Part shown: one piece after another, positions 1 to 11,699 of the stretch
Numbering within the stretch: the first letter of the stretch is position 1
Layout: each line of letters opens with the position of its first letter
Assembly: GCA_041744795.1 (NCBI GenBank)
Contig: JBGTKD010000173.1
Location: forward strand, 4,214 to 68,213
DNA: 64,000 nt
Source: Acidimicrobiia bacterium
GTDB lineage: Bacteria; Actinomycetota; Acidimicrobiia; Spongiisociales; ZC4RG35
Direction: 5' to 3'
The notes under the pieces: model-generated
Told to the model about the DNA's origin: nothing
The model's database searches: none
Seen by the model: the letters and a program-made list of their open reading frames with translations, nothing else
Position numbers and translations under genes: made by a program

Positions 1-708
1 CTGGCATTCGATCCCAGTGACCAGGGTCGAGCCGTCTCGACTGCTCTCGCCACATTCGCGGCATGGACCATTGCCAGGGAACTAGATCCTGACCGGCCGA
101 GGTCAGCTGCCGTGGCTGCGATCCTGACGCCACTCATTTCACTCGCCATCGGGTCCCCAGCCCCGGCTCCCCTATTCGTGGCGATGCTGGCTCTGCGAGT
201 GGTCACCCGTTCGACGGGACTCGCTCCGAAATCTACGGACATGGCGTTACTCACATTGGGTGCGGTCCTCGCCGCGGACACCGCGTGGGGGTGGGCAGCG
301 GGAATCGTGTTCGCGTTTGCCATAGTTCGAGATGCCGCTCTCCCCGGCGATCCTCCCGCAAATGCGGGTCTGTGGGGCCTGTTGCTGGCGGTCGGCACCA
401 CAGTGCGGGTGTCTGTGGCAGGTGTGCTTGGAACTTGGACGAGCCCGGGTCCGACCACGACCGTAGTCCTCGTGTTAGGTCTCGCCGGAGCCGTCGTCCT
501 GCTCGAGCCCCGTCCGGTGCTCTCGCTCACCGACTGGACGCGCCAGTCCCTCGAACCGCAGCGCCTACAGGAGGCAACGATTTTCGGCTTGGCTGTTGGC
601 GTTGTGGCGTTCGCTGCCGCAGGTGCTCCGGGGATAGTCGCCTTGGCCCCGCTTCACCTGAGCTACGCCTCGGCAGCCGCCTTCCACCTGATAGCCAGAA
701 GCCGCTGA
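1..708 (+). CDS. Polytopic membrane protein of unknown function, 5'-partial; the frame is open to the window start
   Basis: The frame-1 codons 1-111 contain no stop and run into the ORF at 112-708. The translation is hydrophobic and Ala/Leu/Gly/Val-rich, consistent with several transmembrane helices. I recognise no family. Confidence 0.4.
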   Translation: MAFDPSDQGRAVSTALATFAAWTIARELDPDRPRSAAVAAILTPLISLAIGSPAPAPLFVAMLALRVVTRSTGLAPKSTDMALLTLGAVLAADTAWGWAAGIVFAFAIVRDAALPGDPPANAGLWGLLLAVGTTVRVSVAGVLGTWTSPGPTTTVVLVLGLAGAVVLLEPRPVLSLTDWTRQSLEPQRLQEATIFGLAVGVVAFAAAGAPGIVALAPLHLSYASAAAFHLIARSR

Positions 709-710
709 GA

Positions 711-2177
711 TCACGGCGCGGGCTCGAGCGCATCCACGCTCACGTTGGATAGCGCATTCCAGAGCATCCATCCGAGCCCGAATGACTCCGCTGCCTTGGT
801 CTGTGCCCTCACTTGGTCAGCCGTGTAGCCGAAGTCCTGCAGCCACGGACGCACAACCGTGCCACGCTGCAACCGCTTGATGCCGTCCTCCAGGGCGCGT
901 TCGACCATTTCGCCGGGATGGTCGACCGGCCGGGCGTAGCCGTACCAGTCGGCCGAATAGTGACTCGGGTACAACATTGGGGAGGCAACGTCGAGAGCAT
1001 CTGCCAAGACTTCCCACTGCTGTCCGATACCACCATCATCTCGGGCCGTGGTTATGAAGCCGAAGATGTCCGCGGCGACCGCGCAACCGAGCGGGTGAAG
1101 AACCTCTCGGGCTTCAAGGAGGAAGGACTCAATCGTCGCAACACGCGTCTCGGCATCCGACCCGCCATCGAACACAACCGAATTGGGCAGGCCGTCGGGA
1201 TAGCGGACATAGTCGAACTGGATCTCGTCGACCCCGAGGGAGCAAGCCTCCACGGCCAGCGAGAGCGCATAGCCTCGCGCCTGGGGATCCGTCGGATCGA
1301 GGAACCACTGCCCGCTCTTGTTATAGGCCTGACCTGTGGCTGTATCGAAAGCCGCCATCTCAGGAACGCTCCGCGCAGCGAGCGGATCTTGGAAAGTGAC
1401 GATCCGACCGATCAGGTAGAGCCCGCGATCGTCGACGTCGCGCACGATTGCACCCAGCTCGTATGTCGGATAGACCGCCCCGATTTCCTCGGCCAAGCCG
1501 ACGGCAGTGTCGTAGTAGATCAGCCCGTACTCGTCCTTAAGGTCAAGCATCACGCCGTTCAACTCGGTGGATTCCTTGAGGTCAAGCATGGCTGTCCACC
1601 GCACGGCATCGCCAGCGACCTCGCCAGTCACGTGAACCGCCTTGATAACCAGGGGCTCGATCTCGACCGTGCGCTCGCCAAGCCCTCCATCCCATTCGAA
1701 GTTTCCGAGGTGCCAGGCAGGTCGCCAGACGCTCACTTCGCCCGGTTCGGCTAACCGCACCAGGAATGAACCGTCGGGTCCAGATACCGCGCTGCCGCGA
1801 CCCGACTCGACGTAAACGTTCGCCACCGGCCGGCCGTCAGGATCAGTAACGACGCCCCGCAGAGTGTGCGGGATGAGACGAACGGTCGTGGCCGCATCCA
1901 CCGTGGGTGTTGGAATCGGCTGGGTGTGAAAGCCGGCAACCTCGACGTGAACCGCCCCGCGACGCGGCCAGTCGAGTCGAGCAACCCCGGTCTGGTCGGT
2001 CTTGGAGACTTCCTTACCGTCGATTGTCACAGACGCCATCGCTACGGGCTGACCGTTCTCGTCAACGACCTTGACCTCGGCGGAGGATCCCGGACCGAAC
2101 GCGGCGAAGGCCGCCCACCCCGCCCAAAGCAGGGTGACGACGAGAAGAATCCTGAGTTGCTGCGCCCGGATCGCCAC
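711..2177 (-). CDS. Secreted or anchored putative glycoside-hydrolase-like TIM-barrel protein (DUF4015-like) with an N-terminal beta-sandwich domain
   Basis: 488 aa. It has an N-terminal hydrophobic signal/anchor (LLVVTLLWAGWAAFAAFG). A carboxypeptidase-regulatory-like beta domain follows (VKVVDENGQPV...). The C-terminal region carries motifs recalled from the DUF4015 putative glycosidase family (DEIQFDYVRYPD). Confidence 0.5.
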   Translation of the reverse strand: MAIRAQQLRILLVVTLLWAGWAAFAAFGPGSSAEVKVVDENGQPVAMASVTIDGKEVSKTDQTGVARLDWPRRGAVHVEVAGFHTQPIPTPTVDAATTVRLIPHTLRGVVTDPDGRPVANVYVESGRGSAVSGPDGSFLVRLAEPGEVSVWRPAWHLGNFEWDGGLGERTVEIEPLVIKAVHVTGEVAGDAVRWTAMLDLKESTELNGVMLDLKDEYGLIYYDTAVGLAEEIGAVYPTYELGAIVRDVDDRGLYLIGRIVTFQDPLAARSVPEMAAFDTATGQAYNKSGQWFLDPTDPQARGYALSLAVEACSLGVDEIQFDYVRYPDGLPNSVVFDGGSDAETRVATIESFLLEAREVLHPLGCAVAADIFGFITTARDDGGIGQQWEVLADALDVASPMLYPSHYSADWYGYARPVDHPGEMVERALEDGIKRLQRGTVVRPWLQDFGYTADQVRAQTKAAESFGLGWMLWNALSNVSVDALEPAP

Positions 2178-2309
2178 GAACGTGAGTCTAAGGATGGTGA
2201 CGGACAGGCGAACATTGGCGAAACTTCATTGCCGATGTCGCACCACAGTGATACTTTGGCTTCGGGTGACGGGGATTCCGCCATCCGACGGTAACGAAAG
2301 GGGGTTTTC

Positions 2310-3236
2310 GTGGCCGACCGACATGCGGCGTCCGTATCTGACACGATCGGGATGTACCTCGACGAGGTCTCTTCCCACTCGCTGCTCACCGCCGAAGACG
2401 AAATCCGCCTCTCACGCACGATGGAGCATGGCCGACGCGCAGCTCTGACGATCGAGACCGAGCCAGATCTGGATGCTGAAGAACAGCGTCGCCTCCGCCG
2501 TATCGTCGAACAGGGCGAAGAGGCAAAAATGGCCTTCATACGCGCCAACCTCCGCCTGGTCATCTCGATCGCCAAGCGTTACACGGGTCGGGGCCTCGAT
2601 CTTCTGGATCTGATCCAGGAGGGAAACCTCGGACTGATCAGGGCGGTTGAGAAATACGACTGGAAGAAGGGTTTCAAGTTCTCGACCTACGCCACCTGGT
2701 GGATACGACAGGCGATCAGCCGAGGTCTGGGCAATGCCGCTCGCACCATCCGTCTCCCGGTGCACATGGTCGACATCGTGCGCACGGTCCAAGAGACACG
2801 CCAAATTCTCTTCGAGTCACTTCGTCGCCCCCCGACCGTCGCTGAGATAGCCGAGTACAGCGGCTTGGAAATAGAAAAGGTCGAGGCGGCCACCAGGGCA
2901 CCGACTGACACGGTCTCCCTCGACCGCCCCGTCGGCGAAGAAGGTGACTCAGAACTGCACGAATTCGTCGTTGATGTTGCGGCCCCCGATCCCTACCGCG
3001 AAGCAGCGGACGCAGATAGCCGCGCCCAGATGCTCTCGGCTCTGGAGCATCTCGACGACGAGGAACGCGCCGTGGTTGACCTTCGATTCGGGCTCTCAGG
3101 CGACGATCCCTGGACAATGTCCGCAGTCGGAAAGCACCTGGGTCTCACTCGAGAACGAGTGCGCAATATCGAGAGCCGCGCCCTAGCAAAGTTACGCCAT
3201 CCCTCCTGCGGTATAGATCTGGAAGAACTGCTGTAA
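2310..3236 (+). CDS. RNA polymerase sigma factor, sigma-70 family (group 2 / SigB-like, regions 1.2-4)
   Basis: It has a GTG start after a GGGGG RBS. Region 2 motifs are DLIQEGNLGLIRAVEKYD and FSTYATWWIRQAI. A region 4 HTH is present (LTRERVRNIESRALAKLR). At 308 aa it is shorter than a principal sigma. Confidence 0.9.
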   Translation: MADRHAASVSDTIGMYLDEVSSHSLLTAEDEIRLSRTMEHGRRAALTIETEPDLDAEEQRRLRRIVEQGEEAKMAFIRANLRLVISIAKRYTGRGLDLLDLIQEGNLGLIRAVEKYDWKKGFKFSTYATWWIRQAISRGLGNAARTIRLPVHMVDIVRTVQETRQILFESLRRPPTVAEIAEYSGLEIEKVEAATRAPTDTVSLDRPVGEEGDSELHEFVVDVAAPDPYREAADADSRAQMLSALEHLDDEERAVVDLRFGLSGDDPWTMSAVGKHLGLTRERVRNIESRALAKLRHPSCGIDLEELL

Positions 3237-3267
3237 CTGGTGCTTCGCCCGGGTAACGTAACGCCCC

Positions 3268-3537
3268 ATGCCCTTCGACGAAGTCACCAATCAAGCCATC
3301 GCGATGATCGCGCTCTCAGGAGCGATCGGCGGTCTGCTCGGAGGCCTGTTTGGATCGAAGCAATCCAACCTGGTGGGTTCGATTCTCGTGGGCGCTATCG
3401 GTGGAATCGCGCTTGGCTCGATCATGCGAATCGTCAACGTGGACCCGATCTTCGACGCCGGCGGAGGCTTTAGCTGGCTCTGGTCGTTCATCGGCGGAGC
3501 CGTCCTGGGCCTCGCCGTCTCCGCGTCTAACCGCTGA
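3268..3537 (+). CDS. Small membrane protein, GlsB/YeaQ/YmgE (transglycosylase-associated) family-like
   Basis: 89 aa with two Gly-rich TM helices (GAIGGLLGGLFG, GAIGGIALGSIM), typical of this stress-protein family. Confidence 0.55.
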   Translation: MPFDEVTNQAIAMIALSGAIGGLLGGLFGSKQSNLVGSILVGAIGGIALGSIMRIVNVDPIFDAGGGFSWLWSFIGGAVLGLAVSASNR

Positions 3538-3546
3538 TCGCGGATC

Positions 3547-4959
3547 TCAGCCGATCGCTCCGGCTTCGGCCATGTTGAGTTCGATGAGGCGGTTCATCTC
3601 GACGGCATACTCCATCGGCAGTTCCCGCACAATCGGCTCGATGAAGCCAGCCACGATCATCGACGTAGCCTGCTCCTCGGTCAGACCTCTGCTGCGCAGA
3701 TAGAAGAGCTGTTCCTCGCCGACCTTGGACACCGTGGCTTCATGCCCGATCTCAGCGTCGTTCTCCTCGATCTCCATGTACGGGTAGGTGTCCGATCGTG
3801 AATTCTCGTCGAGAATCAGGGCGTCGCAGCGCACAAAGCTCTTGGCGTTGACCGCTCCAGGCTCGACTCTCACCAACCCCCGGTATCCGGCTCGACCACC
3901 GTTCTTGGAGATCGACTTTGAGACGATCGTCGAAGTGGTGTTCGGCGCGACATGGACCATCTTCGCTCCTGCGTCCTGATGCTGACCTTCGCCTGCGAAG
4001 GCGATCGAGAGCACCTCGCCGTGGGCACCCGGCTCCATTAGCCAGACCGCCGGGTACTTCATCGTCAGCTTCGAACCAAGGTTGCCGTCGATCCACTCCA
4101 TCGTGGCGTTCTCGTAGGCGGCAGCCCGCTTCGTGACAAGGTTGTAGACATTATTGGACCAGTTCTGAATGGTCGTGTAGCGACAACGTCCACCCTTTTT
4201 GACGACGATCTCGACCACGGCCGAGTGCAACGAGTCGGTTGTCCAGACAGGGGCCGAACAACCCTCCACGTAGTGGCAGAAGGCGTCCTCGTCGACGATG
4301 ATCAGCGTGCGCTCGAACTGTCCCATGTTCTCGGAGTTGATCCGGAAATAGGCTTGCAGCGGCGGGTCGACATGCACACCGGGCGGGACGTAGATGAACG
4401 ACCCACCCGACCATACCGACGAGTTCAGAGCCGCGAACTTGTTGTCGTTCGGGGGGATGATCGTTCCGAAGTACTCCTGGACCAGTTCGGGATACTCCCG
4501 AACAGCGGTATCCATGTCACAGAACAGGACCCCGAGCTCTTCGAGATCGTCCCGGTTGCGGTGGTAAACGACCTCGGACTCATACTGGGCGGTGACTCCG
4601 GCCAGATATTTTCGTTCTGCCTGGGGAATCCCCAGTTTCTCGTAGGTCGCCTTGATCGACTCGGGAACCATGTCCCAGTCCTTGGACTGACCTTCGGTGG
4701 GCTTGACGTAGTAGTAGATGTCGTCGAAGTCGATATCGTTGAGCGCGCCGCCACCACCCCAAGTGGGCATGGGCTTGCGCAAGAAACGCTCATAGGCCTT
4801 GAGCCGGAATTCGAGCATCCATTCGGGCTCGTTCTTGATCTTCGACATCTGGCGGATGATGTCGGCGGACAGCCCCTTCTGGGGCTTGAACACGTACTCG
4901 TCTTCAGAGTCATGCCAACCGAGCTTGTATGCGCCGAGATCGATATCGACTGTGGCCAT
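3547..4959 (-). CDS. sufB: Fe-S cluster assembly protein SufB
   Basis: 470 aa. Long SufB-typical conserved blocks are present ([66 protein letters not shown]). Confidence 0.9.
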   Translation of the reverse strand: MATVDIDLGAYKLGWHDSEDEYVFKPQKGLSADIIRQMSKIKNEPEWMLEFRLKAYERFLRKPMPTWGGGGALNDIDFDDIYYYVKPTEGQSKDWDMVPESIKATYEKLGIPQAERKYLAGVTAQYESEVVYHRNRDDLEELGVLFCDMDTAVREYPELVQEYFGTIIPPNDNKFAALNSSVWSGGSFIYVPPGVHVDPPLQAYFRINSENMGQFERTLIIVDEDAFCHYVEGCSAPVWTTDSLHSAVVEIVVKKGGRCRYTTIQNWSNNVYNLVTKRAAAYENATMEWIDGNLGSKLTMKYPAVWLMEPGAHGEVLSIAFAGEGQHQDAGAKMVHVAPNTTSTIVSKSISKNGGRAGYRGLVRVEPGAVNAKSFVRCDALILDENSRSDTYPYMEIEENDAEIGHEATVSKVGEEQLFYLRSRGLTEEQATSMIVAGFIEPIVRELPMEYAVEMNRLIELNMAEAGAIG

Positions 4960-5164
4960 CAGGCAGTCACCTCACAGTGGCTTGTCGCCGGTGCCGGGCC
5001 TCGCAAGGTCCGACTGAATTTGCACTACGCACATAGTGTAAAGCGCTTGGAGCCTCAACGGTATTCCAGATTCCGATCTCGGATTGGTTCATGCATACGC
5101 TTTCGACTTAACTGCCTTTCTTGCGCATATGCGCATAAAGCGAAAAAACCAGGAGGAGGGGCCG

Positions 5165-8100
5165 ATGGCTGAAGCATCTCAGCAAACCCGTCGACTGGGT
5201 GCCCGCGCCATCGCCGAAACCCGTGGCCTTTACCGGTCCGGAGCCGAACACGACTCGTGCGGAGTCAACTTCGTCGTAGATCTGAAGGGCCGCAAGACCC
5301 ATCAGATAGTGCAATACGGCATAGACGCCGTATGCAGCCTCGAACACCGCGGGGCGTCCGGAGCCGACCCGAACACGGGGGACGGAGCAGGACTGCTCAT
5401 ACAGGTACCCGACCGGTTCTTCCGAGCGGTCGTCGACTTCGACTTGCCTCCCGAAGGCGCTTACGCCACCGGGATGGCATTCCTTCCCCAGGACGGCGAA
5501 AAGGCCCGCATCGCCCGGGACTCGATCGAAGACATCGTTCGCGATGAAGACATGGATGTCCTGGGATGGAGAGACGTCCCCGTCGAGCCGTCGGTCCTCG
5601 GCAAGGCCGCCATAGAGACCATGCCGCGCTTTAAGCAGATCTTCATCGCCGGGCGTGGTCTCAGCGGCATGGCCCTGGAGCGTCAGGCGTATGTGATCCG
5701 CAAGCGGATCGAACACGAAATCCACCTCGTGGCCGGTCCGGATGAGATCAATGAAGCGATCGGTGGAGCCTCCACGATGCACGACGGCGTCTATTTCCCC
5801 AGCCTGTCCTGTCGCACCTTCGTCTACAAGGGGATGCTCACCGCCTCACAGGTCTCGACCTTCTTTCCGGATCTGCACGACGACCGAATCGAGAGTGCTC
5901 TGGCCCTCGTTCACTCCCGGTTCTCGACCAACACCTTTCCCATGTGGCCTCTCGCCCACCCATACCGGATGGTCGCCCACAACGGCGAGATCAACACGAT
6001 CCAGGGAAACAGGAATTTCATGCGTGCCCGCGAGACGCTGTTGCGATCCGACCTCATACCCGGTGACCTCGAACGGATCTTTCCGGTGTGCTCCCCCGGC
6101 GGCTCGGACACGGCGGGTTTTGACGAGGTGCTCGAACTCCTCTACATGGGCGGCTATCCCCTGACTGAAGCGGTCCTCATGATGATTCCCGAACCGTGGG
6201 AACGCCACCAGCACATGGATCCGGATGTCCGAGCCTTTTACCAGTACCACGCCTCGCTTATGGAGCCGTGGGACGGTCCGGCATCGATTGCCTTCACCGA
6301 TGGTCGCATGATCGGCGCAGTCCTCGACCGCAACGGACTGCGTCCCAGCCGGTATTGGGTGACCGACGACGACCTCGTGATCATGGCGTCCGAGGTGGGA
6401 GTCATCGACATCCCCTCCCACAAGATCATCGAAAAGGGACGCTTGCGGCCAGGCAGGATGTTCCTGGTCGATACCACGAAGGGCCGAATCGTCCGGGATG
6501 AGGAGATCAAGGCAGAACTTGCTTCCGCCCGCCCCTATCGGGAGTGGCTCGACCGGCAGTTGCTCCACCTCGACGACGTCGAAGACCGGTTCTCGCACAG
6601 GTCCGAAGCCACGCCTCTCCTTCAACGTCAGCAGGCCTTCGGATACACCCACGAAGAGCTCAAGCTGCTCATCGCTCCCATGGCTAAGGAAGGCAAGGAG
6701 GCGCTAGGTTCGATGGGAACCGACACCCCGCTGGCGGTGCTCTCCAGCAGGCCCCGGCTTCTATACGACTATTTCGCCCAACTGTTTGCCCAGGTCACGA
6801 ATCCCCCTCTGGACGCCATCCGTGAGGAATTGGTGACAGCGCTGCGCACCATGATCGGGCCGGAGGGCAACCTGTTCGCTCCCGATGAGCGTTCAGCCAA
6901 CATGATCGAACTCGATAGCCCGATCATCGACAACGACCAACTAGAACAGCTCATCCACATCGACCAGGTTCCGACCGTCGAGGGCTACACGGCAGTCGTT
7001 TCCTGCCTATATCCAGTGAAGGACGGCGAAGAGGGCCTGAAGAATGCGATTCAAGCGATCTTCAACCAGGTCGACGACCTCATTGAAGGCGGCGCTTCGG
7101 GGATCGTGTTGTCGGATCGTGGCGTGACCGCCGAACTCGCCCCCATCCCTGCCCTCCTGATCACAGCCGGAGTACACCACCACCTCATCCGCACCAAGAA
7201 CCGAACTCGGGTCACCCTCATCGTCGAGACCGGTGAAGCACGGGAGGTCCACCACCTCTGTCTCCTCCTCGGGTACGGGGCGGCGGCGGTGAATCCCTAC
7301 CTGGCATTCGAGACCATCGAAGAAATGATCTCGAATGGCTCGGTGGAGCACGTGAGCCGGGAGGAGGCGCACGCCAACTACATAAAGGCGGCAGGCAACG
7401 GAGTACTGAAGGTGATGTCCAAGATGGGCATCTCGACAGTCGCCTCCTACACCGGTTCCCAGATCTTCGAAGCCCTCGGAATCGGCGACGAACTCGTCGA
7501 GAGGTTCTTCACAGGTACCCCAAGTCGCCTCGGAGGCATCGACCTGAGCGTCATCGCCGAAGAAGTCGCGCTCCGTCACAGGATGGCCTTCGCTCCCAAT
7601 CCCGCCGAGCGAGCTCACCGTGATTTGGCCCTTGGTGGGGAGTATCAATGGCGACGGGAAGGAGAGATCCACCTCTTCAACCCCGAGACCGTCTTCAAGC
7701 TCCAGCACGCCACCCGGGAGCGCCGGTACGACATCTTCAAGGAATACAGCCGTCTGGTAAACGAGCAGGCCGAGAAGTTGGCGACCCTGCGCGGCATGTT
7801 CAACTTCAAGACCGAGGAACGCTCCTCTGTGCCGATCGAGGAAGTCGAGCCGGTCTCGTCGATCGTGAAGCGGTTCTCCACCGGGGCGATGTCGTACGGT
7901 TCGATCTCGCGCGAGGCGCACGAGACTCTTGCAATCGCGATGAACCGACTCGGCGCGAAGTCGAACACCGGAGAGGGCGGTGAAGACGCGGACCGTTACA
8001 CCCCGGACGCCAACGGAGACCTCAGACGAAGCGCCATAAAGCAGGTCGCGTCAGGCAGGTTCGGGGTCACTTCCGAATACTTGGTCAACGCAGACGACCT

Positions 8101-9790
8101 ACAGATCAAGATGGCCCAGGGCGCCAAGCCGGGAGAGGGTGGCCAACTTCCCGGGCACAAGGTGTACCCCTGGATCGCCAAAACCCGCTATTCGACACCC
8201 GGCGTCGGGCTGATCTCACCTCCTCCGCATCATGACATCTACTCCATCGAGGACCTAAAGCAACTCATTCACGATCTCAAGAACGCCAACCCCGAGGCAA
8301 GGATCCACGTAAAGCTGGTTGCCGAGATGGGCGTTGGCACAGTGGCCGCCGGGGTGACCAAAGCCAAGGCAGACGTTGTGCTGATATCGGGTCACGACGG
8401 CGGGACCGGAGCCTCGCCGTTGACCTCGCTCAAACATGCAGGCGTCCCCTGGGAGTTGGGACTGGCCGAGACCCAACAGACTCTCCTACTAAACGACCTC
8501 CGCGACCGCATCGTCGTCCAGGCAGATGGGCAGTTGAAAACAGGACGCGACGTCGTGATCGCCGCCCTCCTTGGGGCTGACGAATTCGGATTCGCCACTG
8601 CCCCGCTCGTCGTTTCCGGGTGCATCATGATGCGCGTCTGTCACCTGGACACCTGCCCCGTGGGAGTGGCCACCCAGAACCCCGCCCTCCGCAAGAAGTT
8701 CGCCGGCAGAGCCGAATTCGTAGTCAATTTCATGGAGTTCATCGCCGAGGAAGTCCGAGAGATACTGGCCGAACTGGGCTTCCGAACGCTCGAAGAAGCA
8801 ATCGGTCGCGCCGAAGTTCTAGACGTCTCCCTGGCGGCCGAACACTGGAAGACTTCCGGACTGGATCTGAGTTCAATTCTCTATGTGCCAGACATCGACC
8901 CAGGTACACCCAGATCAGTGAAGACAACCCAGGATCACGGTCTCTCAGAGGCACTGGACCAGACGCTGATCCAATTGGCAGGAGCCTCGATCGAGACGGG
9001 AGAACGGATCACCCTGGATCTGCCAATCCGCAACGTAAACCGGACGACGGGGACGTTGCTCGGATATCACCTGACAAAACGCCGAGGCAGCGAGGGTCTC
9101 GACGACGACACAATCACTGTGAACTTCACAGGTTCGGCCGGAATGAGCTTCGGTGCATTTCTTCCCCGCGGCATCACTCTGCGCTTGGCAGGCGACGCCA
9201 ATGACTACGTCGGAAAGGGCCTGTCGGGTGGCCGTCTGGTGCTCACGCCGCCACCCGGTTCTCGCCTGGTCGCAGAAGAGAACGTGATCGCAGGAAATGT
9301 GATCCTCTACGGAGCTACAAGCGGAGCGGTTTTCCTGCAAGGACTGGTCGGAGAGCGGTTCTGTGTGCGCAATTCGGGCGCAGTGGCCGTGGTTGAAGGG
9401 GTAGGCGACCACGGCTGTGAGTACATGACCGGGGGAAGAGCCGTAATACTCGGACCGACAGGTCGTAACTTCGCCGCCGGAATGTCGGGAGGCATCGCCT
9501 ACGTTCTCGACGAGGCCGGAGACTTCCACACCCGGGTCAACCACGAGATGGTCGATTTAGACCCGCTCGACGAGGAGGACCGACGTTTCCTCTTAGATCT
9601 GGTCTCAGAACACCGACGCGAGACGGGCTCACTCGTCGCCGAACGACTGCTGGCCGACTGGGAGACCTCTCTGCGGGCGTTCGTGAAAGTCATGCCCAAG
9701 GATTACAAGCGGGTGCTCGAGGCAGCCCGCAGGGCGGAAGAGCGGGGAGAGCCAGTGCTCGAGGCGATCATGGCGGCCGCCCATGGCTGA
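5165..9790 (+). CDS. gltB: Glutamate synthase large subunit (GOGAT alpha; amidotransferase + FMN/Fe-S + GXGXG domains)
   Basis: The ATG at 5165 is preceded by a GGAGGAGGGG RBS, and the ORF-track start at 5084 is probably too early. The catalytic Cys sits at the processed N-terminus (SCGVNF). About 1540 aa with the typical GltB blocks. Confidence 0.95.
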   Translation: MAEASQQTRRLGARAIAETRGLYRSGAEHDSCGVNFVVDLKGRKTHQIVQYGIDAVCSLEHRGASGADPNTGDGAGLLIQVPDRFFRAVVDFDLPPEGAYATGMAFLPQDGEKARIARDSIEDIVRDEDMDVLGWRDVPVEPSVLGKAAIETMPRFKQIFIAGRGLSGMALERQAYVIRKRIEHEIHLVAGPDEINEAIGGASTMHDGVYFPSLSCRTFVYKGMLTASQVSTFFPDLHDDRIESALALVHSRFSTNTFPMWPLAHPYRMVAHNGEINTIQGNRNFMRARETLLRSDLIPGDLERIFPVCSPGGSDTAGFDEVLELLYMGGYPLTEAVLMMIPEPWERHQHMDPDVRAFYQYHASLMEPWDGPASIAFTDGRMIGAVLDRNGLRPSRYWVTDDDLVIMASEVGVIDIPSHKIIEKGRLRPGRMFLVDTTKGRIVRDEEIKAELASARPYREWLDRQLLHLDDVEDRFSHRSEATPLLQRQQAFGYTHEELKLLIAPMAKEGKEALGSMGTDTPLAVLSSRPRLLYDYFAQLFAQVTNPPLDAIREELVTALRTMIGPEGNLFAPDERSANMIELDSPIIDNDQLEQLIHIDQVPTVEGYTAVVSCLYPVKDGEEGLKNAIQAIFNQVDDLIEGGASGIVLSDRGVTAELAPIPALLITAGVHHHLIRTKNRTRVTLIVETGEAREVHHLCLLLGYGAAAVNPYLAFETIEEMISNGSVEHVSREEAHANYIKAAGNGVLKVMSKMGISTVASYTGSQIFEALGIGDELVERFFTGTPSRLGGIDLSVIAEEVALRHRMAFAPNPAERAHRDLALGGEYQWRREGEIHLFNPETVFKLQHATRERRYDIFKEYSRLVNEQAEKLATLRGMFNFKTEERSSVPIEEVEPVSSIVKRFSTGAMSYGSISREAHETLAIAMNRLGAKSNTGEGGEDADRYTPDANGDLRRSAIKQVASGRFGVTSEYLVNADDLQIKMAQGAKPGEGGQLPGHKVYPWIAKTRYSTPGVGLISPPPHHDIYSIEDLKQLIHDLKNANPEARIHVKLVAEMGVGTVAAGVTKAKADVVLISGHDGGTGASPLTSLKHAGVPWELGLAETQQTLLLNDLRDRIVVQADGQLKTGRDVVIAALLGADEFGFATAPLVVSGCIMMRVCHLDTCPVGVATQNPALRKKFAGRAEFVVNFMEFIAEEVREILAELGFRTLEEAIGRAEVLDVSLAAEHWKTSGLDLSSILYVPDIDPGTPRSVKTTQDHGLSEALDQTLIQLAGASIETGERITLDLPIRNVNRTTGTLLGYHLTKRRGSEGLDDDTITVNFTGSAGMSFGAFLPRGITLRLAGDANDYVGKGLSGGRLVLTPPPGSRLVAEENVIAGNVILYGATSGAVFLQGLVGERFCVRNSGAVAVVEGVGDHGCEYMTGGRAVILGPTGRNFAAGMSGGIAYVLDEAGDFHTRVNHEMVDLDPLDEEDRRFLLDLVSEHRRETGSLVAERLLADWETSLRAFVKVMPKDYKRVLEAARRAEERGEPVLEAIMAAAHG

Positions 9791-11246
9791 TTCTCGCGGT
9801 TTTCTGAAGCACGGCAGAGAGCTGCCTGGACGTCGGCCACCCTCGTCCAGGATCGGCGACTGGCAAGAGGTCTATATCGACTTCGGCGAAGATGCACTGA
9901 TCGCCCAAGCTTCGCGTTGCATGGACTGCGGAATCCCTTTCTGCAGCAACGGTTGCCCGCTGGGAAACCTAATCCCCGATTGGAACGACCTCGTCTACCG
10001 CGGCCACTGGCGGGAGGCGATCGATCGTTTGCACGCAACCAACAACTTCCCTGAGTTCACCGGGCGGCTGTGCCCCGCTCCCTGTGAATCGGCGTGCGTT
10101 CTGGCTATCAACGATGACCCTGTGACCATCAAACAAGTCGAGGTTGAGATAATCGACCGAGCGTGGGACGAGGGCTGGGTCGCACCCGTGATCCCATCAG
10201 AGCTGACTGGGCGCAAGGTCGCTGTGGTCGGATCCGGGCCCTCAGGTCTGGCGGCCGCCCAACAGCTGACTCGTGCCGGCCATGCCGTGACGGTCTTCGA
10301 GCGCGATGACAGGATCGGTGGACTACTCCGCTACGGAATACCCGAGTTCAAAATGGAGAAGCGTCACCTGAACAGGCGTCTCGCCCAGATGGAGGAGGAA
10401 GGCACTCGGTTCCGAACCTCAGTGGAGATAGGCCTGGACCTGACTGCCCGGGAGTTGACAGAGGAATTCGACGCCGTCGTACTGGCAGGCGGTGCAACCG
10501 AACGCCGCGACTTGCCGATACCAGGACGCGAACTCGCCGGCATCTACCAAGCGATGGAGTACCTGCCGTGGGCTAACCGCGTTCAGGAAGGCGACCTCGG
10601 TGAAGCAGCGATTAACGCAGCAGGCAAGGACGTCGTCATTATCGGTGGAGGTGACACCGGCGCAGACTGCTTAGGCACGGCTCACCGACAGGGTGCCCGA
10701 TCGGTTCGCCAGTTCGAGATCATGCCTCGCCCACCGGACTCGCGCGCCGAGTCGACGCCGTGGCCCACCTATTCGCTCCAGTTCCGGGTCTCGTCGGCCC
10801 ACGAGGAGGGAGGAGACCGCGAGTTCTCCATCAACACAGAGGCCTTCGTGGACAACGGTCATGGGCAGGTAGCGGCCCTCAAAACTCATCGCGTGGAAGC
10901 AAAGACCGTCGATGGCAGGCTGAACTTCGTACCGATTCCCGGCAGTGAACAAGACTTCCCTGCCGATCTGGTCCTGCTGGCGATGGGGTTCGTAGGCGCT
11001 GAGCGGAGCCCGATGCTTGAGCAGTTCGGCGTCGACATCGACAATCGCGGCAATGTGTCCCGGGACCCGTCCTGGAAGACAAACGTCGAAAGCGTGTTCG
11101 TCGCCGGCGACATGGGACGAGGCCAGTCCCTGATCGTTTGGGCGATCGCCGAAGGACGGGCAGCCGCGGCGGCCGTCGACCGCTATCTGATGGGAGAGAG
11201 CCTGCTCCCATCGCCCATCACTCCGACCGCTGCCCCGCTCCGCTGA
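9783..11246 (+). CDS. gltD: Glutamate synthase small subunit (NADPH-dependent, GOGAT beta)
   Basis: It overlaps gltB by 8 bp. Cys clusters are present ([18 protein letters not shown]). The FAD/NAD Rossmann motif is [14 protein letters not shown]. Confidence 0.95.
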   Translation: MADSRGFLKHGRELPGRRPPSSRIGDWQEVYIDFGEDALIAQASRCMDCGIPFCSNGCPLGNLIPDWNDLVYRGHWREAIDRLHATNNFPEFTGRLCPAPCESACVLAINDDPVTIKQVEVEIIDRAWDEGWVAPVIPSELTGRKVAVVGSGPSGLAAAQQLTRAGHAVTVFERDDRIGGLLRYGIPEFKMEKRHLNRRLAQMEEEGTRFRTSVEIGLDLTARELTEEFDAVVLAGGATERRDLPIPGRELAGIYQAMEYLPWANRVQEGDLGEAAINAAGKDVVIIGGGDTGADCLGTAHRQGARSVRQFEIMPRPPDSRAESTPWPTYSLQFRVSSAHEEGGDREFSINTEAFVDNGHGQVAALKTHRVEAKTVDGRLNFVPIPGSEQDFPADLVLLAMGFVGAERSPMLEQFGVDIDNRGNVSRDPSWKTNVESVFVAGDMGRGQSLIVWAIAEGRAAAAAVDRYLMGESLLPSPITPTAAPLR

Positions 11247-11254
11247 GGTCGACC

Positions 11255-11686
11255 ATGCCGGTAATTGTTGTCGGAGCCGACACCCCTACCGGTAGGGCGA
11301 TAGTCGAGGCACTGATACAGCCCGACCGCGAGGTACGGGCATTCGTAAGCGATATTGGGGTCGCTGAGGATCTGAAGCGTTTGGGGGTGAAGGTGGCGCT
11401 CGGGGATGTATCAGATCCATCACACGTCGGGGGCGCCTGCACAAGCTGTTTCAGCGCAGTTCTCGTGACGGAGGCCGCTACCGACGACCGGGAGCGGTCA
11501 TTTGCTCGAACCGCCGATGCCGTACTCGATGGCTGGGTAGAGGCAGTAGCCGACGCCCAAGTCAGCCGGGTGATCTGGGTAGGAGAAGGTGCCCGAAGGG
11601 TTGGCGCAGAGTCGGCAACGGTTCTGCTGTCTCAGCCGGACATCCCGTCAACCGTCGTGGCCCTCGACGACGCAGCCGAGATCTGA
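11255..11686 (+). CDS. Short NAD(P)-binding Rossmann-domain protein (NmrA/epimerase-like)
   Basis: The ATG at 11255 lies 8 bp after the gltD stop. The N-terminus VIVVGADTPTGRAIVEAL fits a GxxGxxG-type dinucleotide fold. 143 aa. Confidence 0.45.
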   Translation: MPVIVVGADTPTGRAIVEALIQPDREVRAFVSDIGVAEDLKRLGVKVALGDVSDPSHVGGACTSCFSAVLVTEAATDDRERSFARTADAVLDGWVEAVADAQVSRVIWVGEGARRVGAESATVLLSQPDIPSTVVALDDAAEI

Positions 11687-11699
11687 GTGCCTCAGGCGA

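Noticed and set aside
813-1754. 313-aa plus-strand ORF antisense to the glycosidase-like gene
   Set aside because: It has the same GC-frame-artefact composition, while the minus-strand product has a coherent signal peptide and domain architecture.
3360-3390. tRNA T-loop-like GGTTCGATTCTC string
   Set aside because: It lies inside the small membrane protein CDS with no matching acceptor or D-arm context. I recognise no tRNA or rRNA genes in the window.
5846-7921. Long minus-strand ORFs (268 aa and 304 aa) antisense to gltB
   Set aside because: They are Arg/Gly/Pro/Asp-rich with no motifs. This is typical of spurious open frames opposite real genes in high-GC DNA. The gltB frame is unambiguous.
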